57,123 bases of DNA from Candidatus Zipacnadia bacterium. GTDB lineage: Bacteria; Armatimonadota; Zipacnadia; Zipacnadales; Zipacnadaceae. The position numbers and the translations under genes were made by a program. The notes under the pieces were generated by a model. That model did no database searches. It worked only from the letters and a program-made list of their open reading frames with translations, and had not been told where the DNA came from. Of the stretch, positions 1 through 9,234 are shown in pieces. Position 1 is the stretch's first letter; each line of letters begins with the position of its first letter. The stretch is taken from NCBI GenBank assembly GCA_029819875.1, contig JALGVG010000004.1, positions 1 to 57,123 on the forward strand. Reading direction: 5' to 3'.

Positions 1-428
1 TATGGAACTTCCCATTCGAGCTTACCTTCGTCGGGTATGGTGGGGCAAATCAGCTCTCCGAACTGCCCTCGCGAGCGGCCTCCTAGTTTAGTCTTCGGTC
101 CGTAGTAGTATAGTCGCACGGAACGCACCCTGTCTATGGAAAACCAACTGAGGGTGACTTTCTGCCCCTCCACGAGCGTCTCACCGATAGGCGGCCACGT
201 GAAGACAATGGGTACCCGCGTGCCGATCTTTCGCACCACCTGTGCGGCAAGGCCCCTGTCACCGTCCAGGTGCAAGGGTGTTATTATGCTCCACCATGCT
301 GCCGGGTGAGCTACGCCTTCCGGAGTGCCCTGGCTCACCACTTCGGCCTCAACCCCACTGCCGTAGACAATCGGACAAGCAGCGATAATCAGCGCAGCTA
401 TCACGGCCACGGTGCACAATGGGCGCAT
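1..428 (-). CDS. hypothetical exported protein, partial (continues beyond window start)
   Basis: Manual minus-strand translation from ATG at 428: MRPLCTVAVIAALIIAACPIVYGSGVEAEV... with a hydrophobic signal/lipobox-like N-terminus. The frame stays open to position 1. It is absent from the ORF track because no stop lies in the window. Confidence 0.4.
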   Translation of the reverse strand, partial: MRPLCTVAVIAALIIAACPIVYGSGVEAEVVSQGTPEGVAHPAAWWSIITPLHLDGDRGLAAQVVRKIGTRVPIVFTWPPIGETLVEGQKVTLSWFSIDRVRSVRLYYYGPKTKLGGRSRGQFGELICPTIPDEGKLEWEVP

Positions 429-521
429 TATTGAAATCTCACTACTCAAGCCCTCAGGACCCACCTGCATTTGCATAGCTCGGTTCCCATCAGCGGCATT
501 GAGAAATTCTGGGCGCCATGT

Positions 522-806
522 CTATCTTGTACACCACAGCCCGTACAATGCTCCGGTCACTGTGCCCCCGAGGAGACCTATCCCGGCAAGAAGCGCCGCC
601 CCCAATACCATAACATCGAATTGCATATACGAGTAGGCGCCCACAAGGTCGGCGGCCGTTCTCATATGCCACAACATTATGTACGGAACCGGCTGCTCAG
701 CACCAACCGCTAGAATAGCCACACCTACACCGACAAGTAATCCGCAAAATCCCCCAATTACCGCTCCATACAATGAATACCGGTATGCCGCCTTCACATT
801 GTTCAT
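522..806 (-). CDS. small glycine-zipper-like membrane protein
   Basis: ORF 522..818. An internal ATG at 806 is preceded by GAGGTG. There are two hydrophobic Gly-rich segments (GAVIGGFCGLLVGVGVAILAVG, LGAALLAGIGLLGGTVTGALYG). Confidence 0.45.
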   Translation of the reverse strand: MNNVKAAYRYSLYGAVIGGFCGLLVGVGVAILAVGAEQPVPYIMLWHMRTAADLVGAYSYMQFDVMVLGAALLAGIGLLGGTVTGALYGLWCTR

Positions 807-842
807 TGGCCGCTGCACCTCGATACATTTTTACCCAAAAAC

Positions 843-1838
843 CTATACTTGTAACACCAACCCCCCTTCGGGCACGAACTGGTGCAGGTACTCGGCCGTC
901 TCCCGCAGTTCCTCCATCAAGGCTTGCTCGGTCTTCGTCGAGCCGGGGATTATCTCCGCAACCAGATATGACTTGGCGACAGGTTCCAGCACGCCGGACA
1001 GCGGCGTGTTGCAGTAGTTGCGGTGAGAGAACTCTATGGCTTCCAATACCTGGTCTATCCGAATATGCCCCCGCTTGTTGTACTCCGCCGTAAACGGCCA
1101 ATGATGACTGGCCTGCGGGGTGGTCTGCTGCAGGTGGATGATTTCTGCAACGGCGGCGAACCGCCGCAACCACTCACGGTAGTCCAGGTCAGGGCCGCTT
1201 AGTCCATAGTGCATGCCGGCCGCATGCCCCACGTCAACCGTCGTGTAAACGGGCACCCCGTCGCTTTCCGCGTTGGCAGCCAGCAGGAACTCACTGCACT
1301 GTTGCAGCGTCCAGGGGACTTCGGCCGGAGTGTACATCTGCTCCTGGTAAATGGCGCGCAAACCCTTTTCCTTGGCGACCACGGCCAGCTCGCGGAACTC
1401 GGCACAGATACGCGCGAAGGCGCGCTCGTAGCCGCCTGGTTCCTCCATTACCTCCACGGGAAAAGCATCCCAGTGCCCGCCGATGCGGTCCGTGCCCATG
1501 GCCAGGCATAAGTCCATGCATTCGATGATCCATTCCCGCATCCGCCGGCGCGGCGCCGGGTGGCTGTGGGAAAGCCCATGAAAACGATGGGTCGCCACCC
1601 CGGTGTAAATGTCAATAATGTTTACGCCGTATTCCTTCGCCCAGTGTTTCACCTCGCGCGCCATCTGCAGCAAGAAATCCTTGTCACCCATGAAGAACGG
1701 GTCAATTACATCCCCGCAGAATTCGTGGTTGCGATAGCCCAGTTCTCGCGTCAGCCGCATCATGTTCTCCGGTCGCTCCCAGCGCCGGGTGATAAACGCG
1801 CCGTTTATGGCTATTTCCAATTCTACGCTGCGTGACAT
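843..1838 (-). CDS. sugar phosphate isomerase/epimerase (xylose isomerase-like TIM barrel)
   Basis: ORF 843..1928. The likely start is ATG 1838 (MSRSVELEIAING) with GGAG 7 nt upstream. The sequence is typical of the AP-endonuclease-2/xylose-isomerase-like TIM family (HRFHGLS..., DVGHAAG...). Confidence 0.75.
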   Translation of the reverse strand: MSRSVELEIAINGAFITRRWERPENMMRLTRELGYRNHEFCGDVIDPFFMGDKDFLLQMAREVKHWAKEYGVNIIDIYTGVATHRFHGLSHSHPAPRRRMREWIIECMDLCLAMGTDRIGGHWDAFPVEVMEEPGGYERAFARICAEFRELAVVAKEKGLRAIYQEQMYTPAEVPWTLQQCSEFLLAANAESDGVPVYTTVDVGHAAGMHYGLSGPDLDYREWLRRFAAVAEIIHLQQTTPQASHHWPFTAEYNKRGHIRIDQVLEAIEFSHRNYCNTPLSGVLEPVAKSYLVAEIIPGSTKTEQALMEELRETAEYLHQFVPEGGLVLQV

Positions 1839-1945
1839 GTCAAGGCTCCTTGCTACTTGTGTTTGGAACTCGCCTGCGCCGGAAAATGCCGATCTGCTCC
1901 CACATTCCCGCGCAGGGGACGACATCATTTACAGTGATGACTTTG

Positions 1946-2734
1946 TTATGCCAGATCGGCCTCCTGCAACATTTCGCGGAAAAGTCGCGCATTCTGGACA
2001 GCTTGAGCCTGGTAATGATTATTGAAAAAGATGTAAATATCCTTCGCTCCCTGCTCGGCAAGTTGCTGGACCTTGGGCAGCCATTCGGCAAGCTCCCGGC
2101 GGCAGTACAGGTAGTCGTAGCGCTCCCAGGCCTCGGCGTGCCGCCACCATTTCTGGTAGTTGCGGCCGTGGAAGCGTATGTAGCCGATCTCGGAGGTGGC
2201 GGCGACCATGGGCGGCATCAGGCTGCGAAAGCGGGGCTCGTCCACGCAGCAAAACCCCAGCCCCTCCGCCCGCATGAATTCCAGCACGCTTTCCCTGGCC
2301 CATTCCGAGGTGCGGAATTCGAGCACCACCGGCACGTCGGCGAGCTGCCGGCGCAACAGCTCCAGGTGTAACCGCGCCTGGTGGGTCGGCTTGAAAGAAT
2401 TGGGAAACTGGGCCAGCACGCAACCAAACTTTCCTTGCTCTATCAGCGGTTCCAGTGCCTGCCGGAAGGACTCGAACGCCTCTGCCGTTGCCGCCTCCCG
2501 CTCGTGTGTCATGGTCCTGTGGGCTTTGAGTGCAAACTTGAAGCCGGCAGGTGTTTTGTTTCCCATGGCTGCCAACGTCCGGGCCGAAGGCATGGTGTAA
2601 AAGGTGTAATTGATCTCGCAGCAGTTGAAATCCCGGGCGTAGTACTCCAGGAACCTGCTTTTCGGCGTGCCGGGCGGATAGTACGGCCCCACCCAGTCAT
2701 CGTAGGAATAGCCTGACGTGCCCACGTAGATCAT
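1946..2734 (-). CDS. DUF72 (YecE/UPF0759) family protein
   Basis: MIYVGTSGYSYDDWVGPYYPPG... is the canonical DUF72 N-terminus. The ORF extends to a TTG at 2797, but homolog-like sequence begins at ATG 2734. Confidence 0.85.
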   Translation of the reverse strand: MIYVGTSGYSYDDWVGPYYPPGTPKSRFLEYYARDFNCCEINYTFYTMPSARTLAAMGNKTPAGFKFALKAHRTMTHEREAATAEAFESFRQALEPLIEQGKFGCVLAQFPNSFKPTHQARLHLELLRRQLADVPVVLEFRTSEWARESVLEFMRAEGLGFCCVDEPRFRSLMPPMVAATSEIGYIRFHGRNYQKWWRHAEAWERYDYLYCRRELAEWLPKVQQLAEQGAKDIYIFFNNHYQAQAVQNARLFREMLQEADLA

Positions 2735-2917
2735 GATCTGCCGTCGATCGCCTCCACAACCCAAAACCAGGGATCGCAGTTTTGTTGCATTCCGCAATAT
2801 CCATCCCGACCTGCGACCTCTGCGGCCTTCGCCGCCGACGCGCCCACCACCGCCCGCTGACTGATACCCGGTTTCACTTCACGACAAGTCACGGCAACTC
2901 GTGCCATGTTTTCTTCA

Positions 2918-4546
2918 TTACTGCCTCAGTACTTCCCCCGCTTGCACCCCGGTGTGTGCCCCCGCCTCGATGCTGACGCGGCCGTTGACTATTACGTACG
3001 CAATGCCCTCGGGATATTGGTGAGGGGCTTCGTAGGTGGCATTATCCTGGATGGTATCGGGGTCGAAAATGGTGATGTCTGCCTTGTAGCCTTCCTTGAG
3101 CAGACCACGGTCGGGCAGATTGGCCCGGCTGGCCGGCAGCGATGTGGCTTTGCGGACCGCTTCCGGCAGAGTCAACAAGCCGAGTTCACGCACATAGCGG
3201 CCCAAAATGCGGGGATAGGTGCCGTAGCAACGCGGATGGGGCTTGCCCCGGGACAATGAACCGTATGGCGCGAACGCCATCCCATCGGTGCAGAAGCATC
3301 CTAGTGGGTGTGTCAACGCCAGCCGCAGGTCATCTTCGCACACCGTGAAGGTGACAACCGTGACCCTTCCCTGCTCTGCAACAAGCAGGTCGCAGGCCGC
3401 ATCCATGGGTTCTGTATCCATCCGGTCGGCGATTTCCGGCAACATTTTGCCGACAGCCCATTGGTTGTCCTCGCTGTCCACGGCGACGATCATTATCTCG
3501 TCAGGGTAACCACCCAAGGGGCCGTCGGGCGCCTCGCCCTGCTCGTAGGCCGCCTGCTCGGCCCGCAGTCTTTGTCGGGCTTCTTCCTGTTGCAGCCATC
3601 GCAGGAAGCGATCCTGGCCGCCGCCGTGTATCCACGCAGGGAAAGAGCCGCCGAGGTGACGACTGCCGGCAGTGTACGGATACACGTCGAAGGCGATGTC
3701 AATACCTTCGTCGCGGGCCGCCTCAATAGCCTCCAACAGCCGCGGCATCAATCCCCACGCCGGCCGCCCCGAGGCCTTGAGATGGTCTATCTGAAGGCGC
3801 AAGGCGCGTCCTGCCTTGTCGCTGGCGTAGCGCGCTATCTCCACCATCTCCTGCAGGCTCTCCAGTACCTGTGCCGCTTCGCTACGCATGTGAACACTCA
3901 CATAGCGACCGCTCTCGGCGACCACCGTTGCCAGGGCGTTGAGCTCGGCCCGTTCGGCGAACGCTCCTAGCGGGTACCACAGCCCCAAGGACAGGCCCAT
4001 CGCCCCTTGGCTGAAACTCAGCTTGAGAATATCCTCCATGGCGATTATCTCGTCGCCGCTGGCAGGCTCGTCGGTGAAACCCAAAACCAGCGCACGCAGC
4101 GCCGAGTGCCCTACCATTGTTCCCACGTTCACTGTCGGCCGGCTCTGTTGAAGGGTGTCGAGAAATTCTCCCGTTGTCTGCCACGTCCATTGAACCTCGG
4201 CGGAAATGAAAGGGCACAGCTTGTCCAGTGCCTCCCGCTCTTCGGCCCGTACCGGGTGAGGGCTGAACCCGCATTGCCCCACGATCTCGGTGGTGATGCC
4301 TTGCCTTATTTTGCTTTCCGCCCGCGGGTTGGCCAGCAGCGTCAAGTCGGAGTGGCTGTGAATGTCGATAAACCCTGGACAGACCGCCAGGCCTGAGGCA
4401 TCGATAACCCGGCGGGCGTCAACGTTAGACAATTTCCCTATTGCCGCGATCTTATCACGGCGAATAGCGATGTCTGCCCGCACAGGATTGCAGCCGGACC
4501 CGTCATAAAGCAAACCGCCGGTTATCAAAATATCGTTTGTCACCAC
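2918..4546 (-). CDS. N-acyl-D-amino-acid deacylase (D-aminoacylase) family amidohydrolase
   Basis: DILITGGLLYDGSG...GFIDIHSHSD metal-binding motif, about 540 aa. GGAGGAG precedes the GTG-GTG at 4546/4543; the ORF track starts at TTG 4573. Confidence 0.85.
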   Translation of the reverse strand: MVTNDILITGGLLYDGSGCNPVRADIAIRRDKIAAIGKLSNVDARRVIDASGLAVCPGFIDIHSHSDLTLLANPRAESKIRQGITTEIVGQCGFSPHPVRAEEREALDKLCPFISAEVQWTWQTTGEFLDTLQQSRPTVNVGTMVGHSALRALVLGFTDEPASGDEIIAMEDILKLSFSQGAMGLSLGLWYPLGAFAERAELNALATVVAESGRYVSVHMRSEAAQVLESLQEMVEIARYASDKAGRALRLQIDHLKASGRPAWGLMPRLLEAIEAARDEGIDIAFDVYPYTAGSRHLGGSFPAWIHGGGQDRFLRWLQQEEARQRLRAEQAAYEQGEAPDGPLGGYPDEIMIVAVDSEDNQWAVGKMLPEIADRMDTEPMDAACDLLVAEQGRVTVVTFTVCEDDLRLALTHPLGCFCTDGMAFAPYGSLSRGKPHPRCYGTYPRILGRYVRELGLLTLPEAVRKATSLPASRANLPDRGLLKEGYKADITIFDPDTIQDNATYEAPHQYPEGIAYVIVNGRVSIEAGAHTGVQAGEVLRQ

Positions 4547-4660
4547 TTCTCTCCTCCGTTTGCGCGCAACCAATGCGCCGTCAGCGGTCAGATCCCCATA
4601 AGCGAGGCGACCGCAGGCAGGTATGGTGCGCTGCGGTCGCCCGTGCCATGTCAGCCAGGA

Positions 4661-5476
4661 CTAGTGACTGTAAGTTACGCACATACCCACGACAGGGTGT
4701 TCGAGGTTGGAATAGCCGACATAGATGACCCCATCCCACTCCCCGCTGTTTGCCTGCCGTCCGCGCAGTCCGTACGCCAGCCCGGCATTGGTGTTGAGGC
4801 CGTCGTATTCAACTATCGCCGTGAAATGGTCAGCAAGGCCCCATGACACGCCCGCAAACGGACCGCTGTCGAAGCGTCCGTTGCCGAGGCCGGCCGTAAT
4901 GAATACCGGATGTTCAGCAGTACCTCTCTGCCACGGGCTGGTGATGTATACCGAGCGCGCCCCGTGGGGTATGCCCGCAATCTTCTGGCGCATGTTGAAG
5001 ATGTCATTAGCACCGATGGCCACCGCGGGGTGCTCATCGGTCTCCCCAAGTAGCTGCAGTTGCACGTTGTAAGCCTGCCGCCAGTCGCTGTCGGTGAACA
5101 TGACAGAAAAATAAGCGGCACGGCCGGCCTTGCCCAGGCCAACGCCTACCGATGCCGTGCCGTTCACGTCTCCCGAGAAGCCGAAGTCAAAGTGCGAGAA
5201 ATTGCTTCCTGACCAAAAGCCTGTTATGTAATTGCCGGCGCAGGGAGTGTACGCCACCGGAATATTCTGCTGCAGTGCACCGCTGAAACTGATTTTGCCG
5301 TCCGGGGTTACACCGAAGGCGTTCCCCGGCAGCGTTGACACGTGCCGGAATTGATAGTAGCGGTTCCAATCGGTACTGCCGACGACGCACGACGCCCCAA
5401 CCGCCATCGCCACGACTACCGTGATTGCCAATCTGACATTGCGCAACGCCTTACCCCCTTTGGTGGCCTGGTGCAT
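4661..5476 (-). CDS. hypothetical exported beta-rich protein
   Basis: ORF 4661..5587. An internal start MHQATKGGKALRNVRLAITVVVAMAVGASCVVGS resembles a signal peptide. The rest is Gly/Asn/Phe/Tyr-rich. A YjbH-like fold is only a guess. Confidence 0.5.
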   Translation of the reverse strand: MHQATKGGKALRNVRLAITVVVAMAVGASCVVGSTDWNRYYQFRHVSTLPGNAFGVTPDGKISFSGALQQNIPVAYTPCAGNYITGFWSGSNFSHFDFGFSGDVNGTASVGVGLGKAGRAAYFSVMFTDSDWRQAYNVQLQLLGETDEHPAVAIGANDIFNMRQKIAGIPHGARSVYITSPWQRGTAEHPVFITAGLGNGRFDSGPFAGVSWGLADHFTAIVEYDGLNTNAGLAYGLRGRQANSGEWDGVIYVGYSNLEHPVVGMCVTYSH

Positions 5477-5707
5477 GAAACGCCGGCGATATATTCGCCC
5501 CTCATGCCGTTCCCCCCTGCCGGCGGGCCATACTTTCTTCCACGTCAATACGGCAGGTATGCCTCGCCGCCCTGCCGAAGATAACATGCAAGTTCACGGA
5601 CTGCATTGACTGCCCGGCGCCCCCAGCGGCTTGCGCGGACAGCCGGCCGGGGCCGGGCGCATAGCGACAGCAGTCGGTAGTTTGCCGCCTGTTCAGAGGT
5701 GAGTTAG

Positions 5708-6508
5708 TTGGATAACATTTCGCAGGCTATAGACCAGCTTGTTGCAATGTCCCGGCACCTGGGAGAGCCGCAACGGGATTACGTCATCCTCGGCGAGGGC
5801 AATACCTCCGCCCGGGCCGATGAAGAAACTTTCTGGGTCAAGGCCAGTGGTGCGCAGCTATGCAACATTGACGCCCAGGGGTTCGTTCGAGTGCGCTTTG
5901 GTCCGGTGCTCGCCTTACTGGATGCCGGCGATGTAACCGAGGAGGATGTCAAGCACACGCTGGCTGAAGCCACGGTGGGCGACACCAAGCTGCGACCCTC
6001 GACAGAGGCCTTCATGCACGCACTGTTGCTGCAACTGCAGGACGTACACTTCGTCGGCCACACCCATCCGACGGCGGTCAACGCCATCCTCTGTGCGCGA
6101 CATCCCAAGCCTGTGTTGCGCGGCAGGTTGTTTCCCGACGAGATAGTGTGTTGCGGGGTTGCGCCCGTCTGGGTTCCATTTGTTCCCCCGGGCGTGGCCC
6201 TCGCCCGGCGCATTCGCCAAAATGTCGAGGCATTCATTGCCCGCTACGGCGAGCGGCCGCGCTCCATTTTGCTGCAGAATCACGGACTCATTGCGCTGGG
6301 AGCAACCCCGGCCGAGGTACAGAACACCACCGCAATGTGGGTCAAGACGGCCCGTATCCTGGCCGGCACGTTTCAATTTGGCGGCCCACATTACTTGACT
6401 GCAACCCAGGTGCAGGAAATACATACCCGGGCTGACGAAAAATACCGCAAAAGCCTATTAGACGGCACACGAGAAAGAGGAGAGCCTGATGCAGGCACAA
6501 CACCGTAA
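5708..6508 (+). CDS. class II aldolase/adducin family protein
   Basis: TTG start with AGAGGTGAG upstream. EGNTSARADEETFWVKASGAQL and VGHTHP motifs are typical of class II aldolases (N-domain of rhamnulose-1-P aldolase/dehydrogenase type proteins). Confidence 0.85.
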   Translation: MDNISQAIDQLVAMSRHLGEPQRDYVILGEGNTSARADEETFWVKASGAQLCNIDAQGFVRVRFGPVLALLDAGDVTEEDVKHTLAEATVGDTKLRPSTEAFMHALLLQLQDVHFVGHTHPTAVNAILCARHPKPVLRGRLFPDEIVCCGVAPVWVPFVPPGVALARRIRQNVEAFIARYGERPRSILLQNHGLIALGATPAEVQNTTAMWVKTARILAGTFQFGGPHYLTATQVQEIHTRADEKYRKSLLDGTRERGEPDAGTTP

Positions 6509-8219
6509 CCCTATCCCACAGGTCCAGTTCGCCTGGCCGCTGTACGGCAAGGGCCTTGAGAACCTGGGAAAGGACGGCAAGCCCGTACAATGGCCCGTGC
6601 AGCGGCCTGCTGCCGACCAACTGCTGGCGCGCGTGGACGCCACCGGCCTGTGTTTCAGCGACATCAAGATCATCCGCCTCGGCAGCGAGCACCCGCGTAT
6701 TCGGGGGCGCAACCTGCAGACCGACCCTATCATCATCGGGCACGAGGCGGCGCTTACCATCGTCGAGGTGGGCGAGGACTTGCGGGACCAGTTTCGCGTC
6801 GGGGATCGCTTCGTCGTGCAGGCTGACATCTACTACCGAGGCGAAAACCTGGCGTTCGGCTACCTGCTGCCGGGAGCGTTGCAGCAATATGTCCTGCTGG
6901 GTGACGAGATCCTGCGCGGCGACGACGGAATGTACCTGATCCCTGTTGAGCCGACGGCAAGTTACTCTGAAACCGCCCTCGCCGAGCCGTGGGCGTGCGT
7001 GTTGTGCGCTTACCGACAGCGACCGCGCAGCAGTATCGCAGCCGGCGGCACGGTGTGGATAATCAGCAGGCCGGGCAGTGAAACCAAGGGCTATCAGCTC
7101 GGAGACTTCGCCTACCTGTCATCCTTCCCGCGCACCATCCTGTGCACCGATGTGCCGGAACCTTACCTGTCAGGTCTTGTCAGCCTCGTCGCCCCCCTTT
7201 CCATCGAGGTGAAGCAAACTCCGCCTTTTTCGGAACTGGACATTGACGAATTGGCCGGCGAGAAAGGCATTGACGATATCTTCGTGTTGAACGCCGATGC
7301 CCAGGCCATTGAGAAGGTGGCCCCGGCACTGGCCAAAAACGGTGTGCTGAACATCGTCACGGACCATCCGCTTGACGACAAGGTCAGCATAGATGTGGGC
7401 CGCATTCATTATGATTACCATGCTTACGTGGGATGCCCGGGCCCGGATGTATCGAGGGGTTATGTGCATACCCGCAGTCCGAAGCTGGTGGAGGGCGGTA
7501 AATGCTGGATGGTGGGCGGCGCCGGCCCCATGGGGCAGATGCATATCCAACTGGCCGTCGAGCAACGGGGCGGGCCGGCCCTGGTGGTTGTCAGCGATAT
7601 TGACGACAACCGCCTGTCTACAGTGACCGAGCGGTTCGTCGCCTCGGCCCAGCGTTACGGCAAGCAGGTTGTTTGCCTCAATCCCCGGCAGCTGGGCGAG
7701 GAGGCTTTCAATGCCAGACTGCGGGAGCTTGCTCCGCGGGGGTTTGACGATATCGTGATGTTCGTGCCCAGTGCGCCGCTCATCGAGCAGGCCAGTGAAT
7801 TCCTGGCCGATAACGGGATGATGAACATCTTCGCCGGCATCCCCCGCGGTACACACGCCCGATTGGACATGGGCGCCGTCGCCCTGCGGGGAGTCCGCTA
7901 CACCGGCAGCAGCGGTTCCAGCATTGAAGACCTACGCACGGTCGTGGAGATGACCCGGCGCGGTGAGCTATCGCCGAACCGTTCCGTCGCCGCCATCGGC
8001 GGGCTGTCGGCGGCCCGTGACGGCTTGCAGGGAGTGATGGAAGGCCGCTTCCCGGGGAAAGTCGTTATCTACCCGCAGATCCTCGAGCTGGAACTGACGC
8101 CCTTGACCGAACTGCCCGGCAAGCTGCCCCAGGTAGCCCGGCACCTGGACACGGATGGAACTTGGACCAAGGAAGCCGAGACGGCGCTGCTGCAACTGTT
8201 CGCCCCCGAGCAGTTGTAG
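6489..8219 (+). CDS. medium-chain (Zn-type) dehydrogenase/reductase-like protein, unusually long (576 aa)
   Basis: AAAGAGGAGAG RBS. DATGLCFSDIK and IIGHEAA are catalytic-domain motifs. The second nucleotide-binding segment carries MVGGAGPMGQ. The gene overlaps the aldolase gene by 20 nt. Confidence 0.8.
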   Translation: MQAQHRNPIPQVQFAWPLYGKGLENLGKDGKPVQWPVQRPAADQLLARVDATGLCFSDIKIIRLGSEHPRIRGRNLQTDPIIIGHEAALTIVEVGEDLRDQFRVGDRFVVQADIYYRGENLAFGYLLPGALQQYVLLGDEILRGDDGMYLIPVEPTASYSETALAEPWACVLCAYRQRPRSSIAAGGTVWIISRPGSETKGYQLGDFAYLSSFPRTILCTDVPEPYLSGLVSLVAPLSIEVKQTPPFSELDIDELAGEKGIDDIFVLNADAQAIEKVAPALAKNGVLNIVTDHPLDDKVSIDVGRIHYDYHAYVGCPGPDVSRGYVHTRSPKLVEGGKCWMVGGAGPMGQMHIQLAVEQRGGPALVVVSDIDDNRLSTVTERFVASAQRYGKQVVCLNPRQLGEEAFNARLRELAPRGFDDIVMFVPSAPLIEQASEFLADNGMMNIFAGIPRGTHARLDMGAVALRGVRYTGSSGSSIEDLRTVVEMTRRGELSPNRSVAAIGGLSAARDGLQGVMEGRFPGKVVIYPQILELELTPLTELPGKLPQVARHLDTDGTWTKEAETALLQLFAPEQL

Positions 8220-8393
8220 CCGGCCCGGGCTGGTATAGCCCGGCAGTGCATGTGAGCCGGCGGCATCTGCCGGCCCCAAGAACAAACAGGTTACCGCCTG
8301 CTGCGCAGGACCGGCCACGGTGCGCGGGGAACAAAGCCCGGTGCCTAGTGCAAGGTTTGCTGCGTTCCTTTTCCTACCCGGAGGCGTGCTACA

Positions 8394-9215
8394 GTGGATA
8401 CCAATGTGTACTCCCCGAAGGTCAGCCATGAACATCTGCCAGGTAAGGTTGCCCTGGTAACCGGGGCGGCGCAGGGCTTGGGCGAGGCCATTGCCGCGGC
8501 CTTGGCGAACGAGGGCTGTGACGTGGTGGTTGCCGACATCAACGGCACAGGCGCCCGGCAGGTGGCCGCCACCCTTGCCGACAAGTACGGCCATCGCGCG
8601 GTCGGTGTAGAGATGGATGTTACCGAGGAAGCCAGCGTTGCGGAGGGCTTCGACCTCTGCCGGCGCGAATTCGGCAGGCTCGATATCTGCGTCAGCAATG
8701 CCGGCATCCTCATATCTGGCCCTATCCAGGAATTTGACGTCGAAACATGGCGCAAGGTCATCAATGTCAACCTCGTCGGCTACATGATAGTGGCCAAACA
8801 TGCGGCGCGGGTGATGATCCCTCAAAAGTCCGGGGTTATCATCCAGATCAACTCCAAGTCCGGCAAGCGCGGCAGCTCCAAGAACAGCGCCTACGCCGCC
8901 AGCAAATTCGGCGGGATCGGGCTGACCCAGAGCCTGGCACTGGAGCTGGCGGAGCACAACATCCGCGTCAACGCCATCTGCCCGGGAAACCTGCTGGATT
9001 CACCGCTGTGGGTCAATAGCCTCTATGCTCAGTATGCCAGGCGCTGGGGCATCAGCGAGGAAGAGGTGCGCCGCAGGTATGTCGACCAGGTGCCCATGAA
9101 ACGAGGCTGCACGTATCAGGATGTCATCGGCGTATTGCTGTTTCTGTGCTCCGATAATGCTGCTTACATGACCGGCCAGGCTATCAATGTCACCGGCGGG
9201 CAGGTAATGGATTGA
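8394..9215 (+). CDS. SDR oxidoreductase, sorbitol-6-phosphate 2-dehydrogenase (SrlD/GutD)-like
   Basis: GTG start with GGAGG upstream. Motifs seen: GKVALVTGAAQGLG; NSKSGKRGSSKNSAYAASKFGGIGLTQSLALELAEHNIRVN; KRGCTYQDV...GQAINVTGGQVM. These closely recall SrlD. Confidence 0.85.
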   Translation: MDTNVYSPKVSHEHLPGKVALVTGAAQGLGEAIAAALANEGCDVVVADINGTGARQVAATLADKYGHRAVGVEMDVTEEASVAEGFDLCRREFGRLDICVSNAGILISGPIQEFDVETWRKVINVNLVGYMIVAKHAARVMIPQKSGVIIQINSKSGKRGSSKNSAYAASKFGGIGLTQSLALELAEHNIRVNAICPGNLLDSPLWVNSLYAQYARRWGISEEEVRRRYVDQVPMKRGCTYQDVIGVLLFLCSDNAAYMTGQAINVTGGQVMD

Positions 9216-9234
9216 AAACACTTGGGGGCTGAAG

